Assembly (NCBI RefSeq): GCF_041146345.1
Contig: NW_027191404.1
Location: forward strand, 682,001 to 746,000
Direction of reading: 5' to 3'
Source of the DNA: Neodothiora populina
Taxonomy: Eukaryota
DNA: 64,000 nucleotides
Shown here: in pieces, positions 34,288-47,212 of the stretch
Numbering within the stretch: position 1 is the stretch's first letter
How the letters are laid out: each line of letters begins with the position of its first letter
The notes under the pieces: generated by a model
Seen by the model: the letters and a program-made list of their open reading frames with translations, nothing else
Told to the model about the DNA's origin: nothing
The model's database searches: none
Program-made: the position numbers and the translations under genes

Positions 34288-35897
34288 TCAGCCGCGTCGT
34301 CTATAGTAGTCCGTTTCACGCTCGTACACGCGCTCGTCGTATCTCGAACGCGACTTTGGGGGCGCGAACCTCTCGAGCTCTTCGCGCTCCCACTGGATCT
34401 CGCGGATCCTCTCGCGACGTTCTCGGCGAATGCTTTCGGAAAGCTCAACGAGCTGGAGAACGTCTTCCTGCAGTTGGGGGTCAGCGATTTGAAGCCAAAG
34501 ATAATCGGCACATGCGCGACCATGACTTACATAACGAAGATAATCCATGACGTAGAAGAAATCGGGCGTCTCTTCGTAATCGTAACCCATTTCGTCGATT
34601 GCCTCTTTGCTGACCAGGTCCTTGGTGACCTCGGTCCACATGTCCTTTTTCAACTTCGGAGCTCGCATTGCGGACATGGAGCGACGTCTTGTGATCTCCA
34701 CTTCCTTTTCGCCGCGACCTCGTGGATGCTCTGACCTGTCGCGGTCGATGATGATGTCTTCGTTGAACCGCTCGCCGTTACGAGTGCCTCTGTTTTGTGG
34801 TTAGCATGGCAAGTCGTGACTAGTCGGAGTGAAGTCTGGACCTACCTTCTCCGGATCTCAATCTCGAGGCTCTCGTCACGGACAGGTGGTGGAGGACTGG
34901 GAGGTGGGGGTGGGGGAGTTGGCTCGCGCGCCCGTTCCACGCCGTGATCAATGTGTCTGTGATGGGTGATGATCTCCTGCACGATAGGCGGCCTGATGAT
35001 TGGCTCCGGCATAGGTTCTGGACTGGGAGTTCTGATGGGCTCCGGACTGGGCTCTCTCGGGGGTGATCTCTCCCTTCGCCTGATGATGATCTCTTCGCGC
35101 AAGTCATCCCTCGGTGGAGGTGGAGGCGAGGGTTCGCGACGTCTGAAGACAAACTCTTCTCTCTCGCGCGCCACAGGGCCGAGGCTGCGACGTCTTGGAG
35201 GCGGGATGCTACGATCGCGAATGATCAGCTCTTCCCTCTCGACCCCACGCTCGCTCCGAGCAGGTGGTGAGCGAGTTTCCTCGCGGCGGCGGAAACTGAT
35301 CTCCTCTCTGTCGACCTCGGACCTTGGTGGTTCTGAGCGAAGGGGTCTGCGATCCCCTTCGCCTCTACGAAAAATGATATCCTCCCGCTCGACCACCTTT
35401 CTCGCTGGTGGCTCACGAGGCAGGTCCTCGCGGCGGATATTGATGTCGATTTCCTCCCGCTCACGTTGGCGCACCGGTGCTGGAGGCTCCCTGTCGCCGC
35501 GGCGATAGATGATTTCCTCTTGGTCGTACTCACGGGGTGGTGGAGGTCTCTCTCTGGGGCGGTCTCGCTCTCTTACGACAAGCTCGTCTCGTTCCACTCT
35601 TTCAGTCCGTTCTGGTGGACCTCTCCGGGAGTATGTATCCCAGTCGTCACGCTCAGCTCTGACAGGCACAAGCTGACCGGCGCTTGTCTTGCCATAATCT
35701 TCGCGGAGGAAATCCGGGGTTCGACCAGGACGCTCGCCTCTACGATCACTGAGCACGGTGGCTGGACGGTCAGGATAACGAGTGGATCGGGTAAGATCAA
35801 CTTCAAGATCATCGTACTTTCGCTCGGTCCGCGGTCGAGCATAGAAGTCGCGCTCGCGGTCCTCATAGACGTCGGCGACAGGATAGCGCCGAGACAT
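34288..35897 (-). CDS. Arg/Glu/Pro-rich fungal protein of unknown function; exons 35897-34846, 34789-34531, 34467-34288
   Basis: Repeated REEI(I/V)(I/F)RRR motifs and IITHHRHIDHG. The C-terminal KDMWTEVTKDLV...YLRYEDVLQLVE domain is recalled as conserved in Pezizomycotina (not searched). Confidence 0.8.
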
Positions 35898-37320
35898 GAC
35901 GAGGAGCTAAGCTATAGCTGTTGTAATCGCAAGAAGACAAGACGGCTATCACAGGGGAAACGGTCGTGTATAAGGTCGAAACGGTTGGGTCTGATATGTC
36001 TCTCCCCACCAGGGATTCGCAAACACGACTCCACCTCGGTCAGGCAGAAAGAGCTGTGTATAAGCGGGGTGTGCGACCAAGGAAAGATACAGTGTAAAAA
36101 TGGCGATCACACGCGACAGCAGCGCGCGATCCGGGGAAGCGAAGTAAGATACTGAGCGACAGGGTGCGAAGAGAAAGAAAAAAGTCAGCAGCCTCCTTTC
36201 AGAGGTGAGGTGGCTGGCAGAGACGAGGCAGGTTGACGATGATGATGAGGGATGTGCAGAGCACAAGGCAGGAAGAACACTCGGTTTCAGGGCAAAAGCC
36301 AAAGACGACACTTACTGATCGCTGACTACACTACCTACCCACCTAAGGTGCCTAGGTCTGTAAGAGAGCTGCGGGGGCCGCTGCTTCACAGGCGCGTAGT
36401 GGCTCTCTTTCGTTCCATGCATGACTGCATCTTGCTCTGTGCTTGACCTTGTGCTTGACCTTGCACACACGGTCTTTTAGCCTGTGCGTGGCTGCCCAGT
36501 GACGCAAGGCTGCTTCTGCCACCGCGCACGTTCACCTGTCCGATGACGCCCTTTATCGCGTACTCTGTCATGTGGAGCATCTCGCTTCTTGCTACATATA
36601 TGCCTATGACCAAGGTGAGCAAGATACGGAAAGACGAATCTAGCGTTCTTGAGTAAGATGTAAGGAAAAAGACCTGATACACTAGAGTGATGCGGATAGA
36701 ATGGCGTTCACTGAGGCCACGACCCTTGGAAACGGGCGTAGCGGGGCTCCCGCAACTTAATGCCACACTCGCATTGCACATGTTGTTCTGGGGTCCCTGA
36801 TCCGTTAATCGTAAATTAGGTATCCTCTATCTCCTGTAGTCGCCACCCAACGGACACCTTCCGGCCAGGTTTGCCTCGTGTGCTTCATAGACTGGACAGT
36901 CACGCTATCTACCTTGGGCAGGACAGACATTTCTGGTGTTAGCATTCAGGTTGCTTGCATAGCGAGAGACTTATCGATCAGCGTCCAGTCATACTCAGCG
37001 CGGAGCCGCATATCCTTCCCGCTGCTGTGCTGGCTCGCGTACCTAGACCTAGACGAGCTGGAGTATCTTACCGTACTCACAACAACTCTGGCCAGGTGTG
37101 ACCACTCCCCACGACAATAGAATAATCGATGAATTAGACTGCGCAGTGTGACCAACATCGTTACAACTGCCCATCGGTGCTGGAGTGCGATACTTAATGA
37201 TAATGTAAAGTCTCTGGACCATGACCCTCTCATAACAATCACGATCTTGCCACCCGCGCCTGGCAGCCGAGTCTCAGTGGATAACAGCGACTTTATTGCA
37301 ATATTCCTCGTCGGAGCAAA

Positions 37321-38982
37321 ATGGATCTCCGTCATCCTATACACGATTCGCCGGACCCTGTTGTCCATTCTGTTGCCTTCAGTGAAGATGGCTCCAGGTT
37401 CGTATGTGGCATGGAGAACGGAATACGAGGTACGGATTTAGTCTATATAATCAACCCTTCCATCACCCTTACACCTCCGAGAGTGCAACAGGAATGGTAG
37501 GTGTCCTCTCAGCAGCTGATCTCCTCTAGTATTCCGCTCCAAGGACTGTGTTCGGACTGTAAAGAAATGTAAGAAGTCACATGATCATGCATGGCTTGCA
37601 CGAAAGCTCACACTGTATCAGCCCCAGGACTAGGTCGTGGCATCGCCATTGCCGAGACGTTGGATGACCGCCATACTGCCGTAGTAGGAGGTGGCAGGTT
37701 ACCAAACTCATCGCACACTGAGGTAAACATAGTCTATCTCGCTGCCCTGCGAGTGGACACTGCGGGAAAGCTATACGTCGAAGCCATGCTGACACGATCC
37801 AGGTTGAGTTCTGGGATACTCTGGATGATCGCTTATTGGCCCATCTGGATATGTCCGAATCAATACTTGGTATACGTGTCACTGCCAAGTACTTCGTCAT
37901 TATTCTCGAGGGTAGGGTAGTCTGCATGGACTACGTATACTCAGAACAGGACGCAGCTATCATCCCCGGTGGTGTCAGGGGCATATACGATACAGCACTC
38001 AACCCATATGCTCTCTGTTGTATCAGCGGGGATACTCTGGCACTTCCTGGCCTGACCTCTGGTCAAGCTCAGATCGTACACCTGGCAGACAAACGCAAGA
38101 GAGTCATACCAGCACATAATTCTGCTCTACGAGCGATAGCTCTCAGCAAAGATGGAGAAGTCTTGGCCACTGCAGGCGAGCAGGTGTGTGACCATTCCAA
38201 TACTTACTCACACGCGCTAAGTCTCACAGGGCACTCTCATCCGTGTGTTCTCGGTAACGGCGAACATGCAGACTCACGAGTTTCGACGAGGTGTCGAGCG
38301 CGCCGTCATCTTCAGTCTCGCAATCTCCCCAAGTAATCGCTTCGTAGCCTCAACATCAGACAAAGGCACGTTACATATCTACGATCTCCGACCGCCTCCA
38401 ACTGAAGAGGTTCGACCACCTCCCAAGCGTCGAATATCAAATACTCGGCCTGCTGCTGTGCAACGCACCCGGCCCGGCTCGGTCGACTTTGACACGGCAT
38501 CCATACCATCAGGCTCATCGTCACCAATGCCCGGGACGGGGTTCTACGGTCCCCCGTCTGACCTAGCACATACACCACCTACAGCTGGTCCATCCGTCTT
38601 TGCTGCGATAGGACGGCTACCGGGCATGCCCCGCGCATTCTCCGACGCGCGATCCATGACCTCGACACCATATCATCTAGGCAGCGACCCGCAGAATTGG
38701 CAAGGTCAGCCAGCCTATAGCGTTACAACCAACCCAGACGGCAACAAACAAAAAGTTGCCAATCCCAACGTTCCCTTACCAGGTCGACCAGATGGCAAAC
38801 CTCCAAAAGGTATTATAGCTTGGGACCCTCATGCTGACGATCGACGGCTCTGGGTCGTCGGTGGCGGAGCAGACGCCAGGTGGGAGGTATTTGATCTGCT
38901 GGAGGATCAGAGCAACCACACGATGAAGGTCGTCAAGGTGGGATTCAGGAAGTACTTGACGAGACAGTTTCCTGAGAAATAG
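37321..38982 (+). CDS. HSV2: PROPPIN WD40 phosphoinositide-binding protein Hsv2 (Atg18/WIPI family); introns 37430-37529, 37569-37621, 37723-37802, 38184-38229
   Basis: IPAHNSALRAIALS, GTLIRVF, EFRRG, STSDKGTLHIY and an Hsv2-type C-terminus (KGIIAW...RWEVF). Four introns restore the frame. Confidence 0.85.
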
Positions 38983-39278
38983 AAAGAGGATAAGATTCGT
39001 CCAACCAGGCAATTTCCATCATAATCATCACGAGGACAACATAATTGTCTATCTAGCTTTGTTCTCTGGCATCTTCGACATTCGAAAGCTATGGACAGGA
39101 TATCCTGTTGTGCGAGTGACAGTGGAGCGAGAAGGTTGCTTACAAATAACCACACGACCTGTCTCGTTGCCCATATATATTCCCAGATAGAGAAATATCC
39201 AGAGAGCCCGGGAGAACAGCCAAGCATAATACAGACAGATACACAGAAAATTGAGACTTTTAACCTCCTCTCTCGCGA

Positions 39279-41211
39279 TCAAGCACGACCCTGCTGTTTC
39301 TTCAAGATATAAACCCTCGGCTCCAACCTCAAGACGGGCCACAATCCCCTCGTGAACCTCTGCCTCGCAAACGCCGTGACCCGGTTATACGCCTTCAGCA
39401 GCGGATTGACCGTCAAGCCAATACCCCTCGGCTGCAAGGGCGCCGCATTCCACCCTTCATCATCGGCTTCGAGTCTAGAAATGCCCACTCCCGCATACGC
39501 AGACACGGTATCCAACACCTCCCAGCTCCCGATGACGCGCTCGGGCCTCTCGACAAGGGCATAATCGAATCGATCCCAGAAAGCAGGGTCAAGCAGTCGA
39601 GATTCATCTTCTGTCTTGTCGTAGCGCCAGGGCGTCGTCGTGGTGTCTTTTTCCAGGAAGCGCGTGACGCCGGTTTGGCAGGCTAGGTTGTCCATGTAGA
39701 CTGCGCCTGGCTCGCTGCTTTTGTTGCTGTTGTTGTTGCTGGTGTCGACGATCTCGTGAAGACGCGTCAGGGCTGCGCCGCCGGGGTAGTTGAGCGAGGA
39801 AATGTAGAGGAGGCCCATGCTTGCGAGAAAGGAAACCAGGAGGGAAGCGACGAGGAGGACGCTCAGGAGGCGGTAGAGTGCTGTTTTGGATCTTCGCGTC
39901 CAGATCCACGATGCGCCTCCTGCGGCGACGGCCGTCAGGCCTGGGACGATGTAGATGATGAAGCGCCATTCCTTGTGGGGCAGGATACTGTAGATTGCCA
40001 CGAAGGCGAGAAGAGGGGCCAGGATGCTGATGCTTGTCTTGCGGGTTGCGCGAGACGTGAGAGCTGTGGGGATGCAGACGAGGTATGTCATTGGGTTCAT
40101 GAGGAGACGCGGTATGGCGTTGATGAAGTAAAAGTGCCAGGGGCTGGTGCCCCAATCTGAGGATTTGCCTTGGATCGTGTTGTAGTGGAAGCCAACCCAT
40201 TCAGGCCATAAGGGGAACTTCTGCCAAAAGAAAGAGTCGACGGATACGGTGATCGTGAGGCCGATTATGGCGCCGAGCAGTCCTGCAGGGATGACTTCTT
40301 TGACCAACGACGTTCGTCCCTGGAAAAGTAGATACGCGGTTTGTGTTGCCAACAGGATAGCAATTTCAGATCGGAAGATGACACCCGCAATTGTCAAGAG
40401 GACAAGAGCAGAGCTACGACGTCTTGAAGCCTTTTGCGATTTGGATGCAGTGGCTTGTCCTAGGATCAAGTTGCGAAGAGCAATGGTTGCTGTTTACAGA
40501 TTAGCTGCGACAAGCCACAACGTATGAGGTTTCCTTGAAACAGAAACAGAACTTACTCAGCCCAAAAGCGAACATGTTTGGCAGTGTGCGAGAAGCATAG
40601 AACATGACATGGAACTGGGTGGCCTGCAGAAGTATATACCATCTACCTGCCACCTTGCCATAGGCAGTGTCGACAGCTTGCCTGAAGTACCAAAGTGCGA
40701 CCGTGTTCACTGTACCGAGTGTGACTCGAGCTAAGTGAAAGTAGCGTCAGGAGTGATGATTCAGAAAAACAGACGGAGAAGAGAAGGGAAGCAAGTAGAA
40801 CAGAATGACATTGTCGAACCTAGTAACTGATACAGATATCGTTCATGAGCCTCCGAGTCAAAGACAGAGCTATAAGGACTCATGAGACCGGCCACTGCAG
40901 CAGCGCCAACAAAAGTCCGAGGGACCGGTCCAGGAAAGGTAAAATGATCATAGTTGACTTGCAAGAAACTCGCTACATCTTTGCTCGGTATGCCGTGGGT
41001 CGTTATATCATGAATAGCCTGCACATTGAACGACTCCTCGACCTTGGTATAAGGGGCCAAGAAATGATGGAGTTGTATCCAAAAACCGAGAACCAAGGAC
41101 AGAGCGACATCCCAGGGACCTTTTCCAATTACAACAATTAGCCATAGACTCTCCATATACCATCGAACTATCTCATCCACGTGATATATGTATACCTGTA
41201 TTTCCCGACAT
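39279..41211 (-). CDS. ALG12: Dol-P-Man alpha-1,6-mannosyltransferase Alg12; exons 41211-41196, 41119-40820, 40730-40557, 40489-39279
   Basis: [57 protein letters not shown] and CQTGVTRF. Confidence 0.95.
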
Positions 41212-41466
41212 TATAAATAGCCTTGGCGCAGGATAATGTGATACATATGAGCAACCAACAACGACGCCGCCCTTTTGGTATGCCTCACGAAAGTCGCGGA
41301 GAAGCGCTGCCTCGCCTGCCGCTCCCCGCGTTGACTTGAGGTGGAAGTTGACAGCTTTGGTCCCAAACAACACCCTGACGTAGATACTGTATATCCCATA
41401 CATACTCCACCGTACCTTGTTACTCGACTACCTCACCTTCTAATCAACTTCTTGCTTGTCGCCGAA

Positions 41467-41840
41467 ATGTTGTTCTTTGGCCTGGGCGGCTTGTTCTATG
41501 GTACCACACTCGTTCACCCAAGCACTCCTATGCGCTCCCTGTACGGCTCTGTATACTGACGGATTCAACCACCAGTCTCCATCCTCCTAATCAATGCAAT
41601 CGCCATCCTTTCAGAAGACAGATTCCTAGCAAGAAGTGAAACCCCCTACCTACCCACCTACGCCTTACTCCTCCTTCTGCATTACACCCAAACTCCCACT
41701 TGGACACTAATGAGTGAAACAGTTGGCTGGGGCTCAACGCAAACAGAAGCCCAATTCGGCGGCGGTCAAGACACGCAGAGCGTCAAAGCCAAAATGATCA
41801 ATCTGATAGCTTCGGTGCGGACGTTGATGAGGAGTAAGTC

Positions 41841-41883
<43 letters not shown>

Positions 41884-42033
41884 TTGCAGTGATCACTTCG
41901 TGGAGAAACGAGAGGGAAGAGTAGCGGGAAAGACGACATGCATGAAAATCAGCTAACACCCGCGTGCTCCACCCCAGTACCGCTCATCGGCCTGAATCTG
42001 CTCATCATCATATACGAACTGGTGCTGGGATGA
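41467..42033 (+). CDS. YOS1: Yos1 ER-Golgi transport membrane protein; exons 41467-41500, 41576-41635, 41723-41833, 41978-42033
   Basis: Spliced product: MLFFGLGGLFYVSILLINAIAILSEDRFLARIGWG...SVKAKMINLIASVRTLMRIPLIGLNLLIIIYELVLG*. Confidence 0.92.
41845..41880. repeat. (CT)n dinucleotide microsatellite, about 18 units, in YOS1 intron 3
   Basis: Uninterrupted tctctc run. Confidence 0.95.
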
Positions 42034-42855
42034 AACTCGCAAAAAGAGGCATCGAAACCATAGATATAAAAACAAAACCAAATTCACATTCTCTGTCGCG
42101 GCGTGTGTCAAATCGAGTTTCTGGGCTTTTTCTGAAAATTATGATGAGCAAAGCAGCGAAAGGCGTCTTCACGGATGTGGATGGTGGAATTGACCGGACG
42201 GCACAGGAACTGGGCATGAGCAGGGGAGTTGAGAGGATTCACTTCTGCGCGAAACATCCGGACCCTGATATGCTTGAAACACCCGATGGGCGAAGACACT
42301 TGCGACATAGAGAAGACACCATATCCACAACCCCAACGTAGACAAGGGCAGCATGGACCAGGAACAGAGAAAAAGCACACGCAAGCGATCGAAAAAAGGA
42401 GTATGGTTACTAAAATGTATACAGAGCGGGCCCGAAAAAGGAGCCGCATCAACTTTATCCAGAAAGGAAAGAAAAAAGGCGGTATGGCTCCTCTTCTTTT
42501 CGCGAAAGGCGCATCGAAGGGGGGTAGCTAGCGTTTCTTGAGCAAAATGGGAATATCACAACAAGCCCTCCTCCGCCCATACGATGCGTGAAACTAAAAC
42601 CAGAAACAAAAACTTCTCTTTCACAAACCTCTTTGACAGATCTGTCTCCCTCTCTCTCTCCTTCCCATTTGTATAACAACGCCTTGATTTCTTTCCTTCT
42701 CGATGATCTCCCATTTGGCAGTAGTTACATGTATGCAAATGTGTTGGTTCCAGAAGCGTGCGTGTCGTCTCCTTGGGATATCCCAGAATATAAACAAACG
42801 ATGGTATAGAAGAGTGTTTTAAAAAAAAAGGGCGTAAAAGTGTTGCCACATTCGA

Positions 42856-45361
42856 TCAAAGCATTGTTGACTTTTTCCTCCCAAGACTGAACCTAGTCTT
42901 TTTGATCTCTTTATCCGGACCTCCCGTTGGCGGGCCATTTGCTGTATCGTCTCCAGTGTGTTCGGAGGGCGTTGGAAGTATACCCATGGTTTCTCGCAGT
43001 TCTTTGCCGCTCGATGACCAGAACTTTGGTTTTTGCCGTATGCTGAGAGAGCCGTGCCTAAATCTGTTCAGCCCGGTCGGTTTGTCGGCTGCGCCATTTG
43101 ACGTGACGACAGGCGAAGCGGGTGCACTGGGTGCACCGTGTTTCGAGACCTCTTCCGCCATGGTGAGCTTACTGGCCTCGATCGCTGCTTTGAGCTCGTC
43201 TTCCTGTTTTTTCCAGCGATCACGTCTGGCATCGAGTGCCTCCTTTTGCTTGGTCCGGTTCTGCTTCTCCAGCTCCTTTGCCTGCGCTTTGCGTTCTTTC
43301 TCGGCTAGCTTGTCGGCCTTCTTGTCGACCTTGAGCTTCTCGTCTTTCTTCGCCGTCTTCCCAGAAGCTGCCGGTGGCATGAAAGGAGACGAAGGAGTGC
43401 TCGAAAGTGGTGGCCGAGGAGCTGACAAGGCTGGAGCGGTAGAAGCGTGTGCGAGTTTCGTAAATTGCGGATCCTTCTCTTCATAGAGAGGATCAGTGGT
43501 GTGAGTACTCCGCAATCCGTTACCAAAGTATGCTCCAGATGCGGTCGGTGACCCAGGCTCTGCATTAGCGTGCGACTTTGCAGCTGCTGCGCGACCTTCG
43601 GCTTCCATTTCTTTCTGCACGGCTTCATGGGTGGTTTCTTGGTAGAACAGCACATAGGCACAAGCAAGCTGCTTCGCGTCTTGGGCTCCGGTCTTGGGCT
43701 CGCCGCCAAAGAAGTTTCTCACGAACTCCTTACTCACAGGCTCGACCAACTCGTCATCGAACATTAGCCAACCCCTGTCCTGGGTTTTGATGATTGAGAC
43801 ATAATGCCCATGATAGGGGCCACCTCCTATGTGTACAACTACTGCATATAACTCATACAGCCTGTCCGGGTCCTCGGCGTCATCTGTCGTGTTGAAAAGG
43901 CGTAAATGATAAGGATAGACCACACGATGAAACAACTTTTGTAATCGGCCATAGTCCTCGGTATACTTGAATCTCTTCAGGTGCAGGGCCAGGATCCGCG
44001 GCAACCTCTTGATCTTCATCCTCTTCTCAGCCTCTTGAAGACCACCACAGTTGTCACAGTGAAACTTGTTGCGCTCGCACAACATCTCCTCTTCCGAAAA
44101 CTTACGGAGACATGCTGTCACAGAGGAATGGGCTTCCAAGTCAACGGAAAGATCCATGAACCGCTCGTCTCTTTGCGATGTGTTTTCACAAGTCAAGCAC
44201 CGCGTCTCGGACGTCAATGTTCCCTCAAACAAGTCATGAACCCAGGCAGTGTTGTTGGACCCGCCAGCAGCGGCGTTCGCTTTGGCCACATGAGCCATTG
44301 CATCTGCCATGTTCATGTCGGCGCCGCCATTTTGTATTCCATTCCTCGGCGGACTTGAAGAATTGGACTTTGAGTATTCCTCGACGTTATCCACGACTGA
44401 GTTGAGCAGAAGATTAAGGAACTCGTGGGCATCCTGATGCATGGCAGAGCGGAACATCTCGTTCTCTTTCTTTAGGATTTCCAGGAATTTGTGAGGGCTG
44501 ATGACTCCCGTGCGAGACTGGTGGCCAATGATAGCCTCAAAGATGTCTTTGAGCGATGTGAATAGGGACTCTTCCATGCCGTATGTAGACGAGTTGTTCA
44601 TCTGCATGTCCAAGACCGGACCTGTCTGCATGGCAATCTTCTTTTTGTATTCCGGCGAATCTTTGTCGTCTGGTTTTTGTGTCTGCGCTTCAAGTGAGTT
44701 GGGTGATATAATTGGCCGTCGCGCAGGCGAGTTGGCCGCTTGCGGGCCAGGTGCCATAAAGCCATTTGCGAGATATCCATACTGTGCGCCTGGAGATACG
44801 ACTGGTTCGTTGGGGGAGAAGGGGTGTGATGTAGTGTCCAGTAGGGGAGGAAAGTTGATGACTTTGTCTCGGAAAGGTGCGGAATAATAGAGACATTGTA
44901 TGATGGAGTTGCAATAACTGCGTGAGGATGGAAGTCAGTATGGAAGGTTGGCCACGGATAATCCGTCAGGGACTCGTACCATGTGCTACCGTACTGCAAT
45001 TACCCCAAGCAAGATTTGATCAGCCTCGTGCACTCTTCGCGTACATTCGTCATGTCAGGGTCGGACGTACATTTTCGAAGCCAAAGAATTTATCACTGCC
45101 GTCCGGCCTCACAGGACCGGAGACTTCAGACAGGAGCCTCTCGAGAGGGGTAGGTGGGAGCGCATTGGAGTCCTTCTTTGCTGGTGCAGTGCCGATTGAC
45201 GGACTCGCTGGCGTCTATGTACAATTAGAACAGAATCGTCAGTCGCTCATTCCTACATTGGTCTACTGCTGCGCCTATTGAGACCGTTCAAGCGCGGGCG
45301 AGAGTGGGGTAGATCGGGGGAGACTGACAGCATTGCCCTTGAGCTTGCCGAAGAAAGACAT
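42856..45361 (-). CDS. creB: Ubiquitin-specific protease CreB (USP12/46, Ubp9/13-like); exons 45361-45329, 45214-45071, 44993-44980, 44917-42856
   Basis: Spliced Cys box [29 protein letters not shown] and His box [12 protein letters not shown]...FDD. Confidence 0.92.
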
Positions 45362-47212
45362 TCTACTAGTGTAGGCCGCTCATCAATGCAGGTGAGTGGC
45401 GACCAAATGTCGCGGACGCAGGCGCAGTTAGAAATAGGTATGAGTGCGACTGCAGAAGCCGTGGCGTGGGCGGGTGGGTGGCGTGCAAGGCAATTGCGAT
45501 ATAGATGAGATGCCTACGTAGAGATAGATATGGGCCGGTCGGACGGAATATGATGATGCAAGCGTAAGAATTACAATAACGAATGGAGAGCTGGTCTAGG
45601 AATTGCAAGGAAGGAAATCAATATGCATAGAACAACATAAAAGACCGGCAAGAAGAGACCACTTTTTACGGCGTACCTTGCCTGGGTTAAGGTACAGATA
45701 GGTTTGGGGCGAGGTACGTACAATGCACTGCACACGCCTGTATACGCCTGTACACGGCCGCCCTTATTACTAACCGAGACTCGGACAACCTTGACGACTG
45801 CGCGACTCTGCGCTATGACCGTGTGGAGGAGAGTCTAGTCCCTTCCCCTCTGGGAACCTGGGGTAGTCTTGACGAGGGGGGAAGCGCCAATCTGGACACA
45901 CGCGGCTGGAGTGGCAGTAGGATGGACGGCAGGGGAGCGAGGCTCGGAGGGACCAGAATTGCGCAGACGCTGTGAGGTGTGTGTCGAGTATTCATTGACT
46001 GAATCAAAGCATTGTAGAACTTGCTCTTGGACGAAGGAACGTCATGACCGACAAGCGCGACATTTCATATCTAGGAGGCCCCACCTTTGCCTAACAACTC
46101 TCGATTACCATCGACTCGCACTCGCTCTGCCCGAACCCGCAAAGACAAGACCGCGACTTCGACACGGCGCAGGGCATCCTTTACACTTTGGAACCGCCGA
46201 TGGCCCAGGAAGGATTTGGCCGTACCACTTCTCCTTAGACCTTGGCTCTTGTGGGCCTTACGCGGCCGTGTGATTGATCCGTTTGCCGCTCGGGTTTAGG
46301 GCTTTCGCCGTCCGGCCACATGGCGTCCATCTCTCATGTCATGCCACGCTACGGTATACCCAATCTTAACTCCGTACTGGTACAGTGAAGAGCAGTAACA
46401 GACTTTCATGCACTCCACACGCGCTCGCACGCCGTCCAACTGTTGCAACCACTTAGTACTTTTCAGGGCCGATTTTGCACGTCAACCGTCGATCATGTGC
46501 TTCACGTTGCATCGTGGAAGATGTTGGATGTTCATTATTGACGAGAGGCGCAAATGGCATGCAAGTGTGCAGCAGTCAGCAGCCACAATCGAAGTAATTA
46601 ACGAATGAATATCTGAGGTGCTTGGCTGTGCCTGCCCACCATCGCCAAGGCACTTCGCCTCGTTCCCAATGGCTTCTCTGCAGGGCGAAGTGCTGTTGAA
46701 TGCAAGGTGCCACATTGCCTCACTTGTCTTATATAGCCATCACATCCCTGCTTGTGAGCTTGTCATGTACAAGCACTGCCAGCCTGGCGAAACCGACAAC
46801 ACCAATGACAACGGCGCAGCTTTGCGACACAAGTCGAATGGGGTACCCTGTTCCATGTGCTCGTCCGGGTGTGCCTTGCTGCTTTTCCGCAATCCTTGAA
46901 AGTACAGCGTTTGTGTCCCGTGTGTCAACGTAAGCACCGTGAATTTTCACCTTGCAACACCTCGGTTCTGGACCTGGACCAGGACAAATTGGACTTGTTT
47001 TCCGTCAATTGGGTTGGCTTCCGAAACGTAGAGACACAGGCCATTCCTACAATAAATCCATTATCATATGCATGAGCATAACAAGTGACATCTCTAGGTA
47101 TTGTACTTTGTGAACGGCTTTTGTCGACTCCGTAATATGATCTTGGGACATTTCCGAAGCAGTGCGCATTTCGAGCTATGGTCGGAAGTGAAGTCCAAAT
47201 ATATACATGCGG

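Noticed and set aside
44980..44993. GSTC instead of GNTC in the CreB Cys box as a sign of inactivity
   Set aside because: The oxyanion Asn (five residues before the Cys), the Cys, His and Asp are all present, and this position varies among active USPs.
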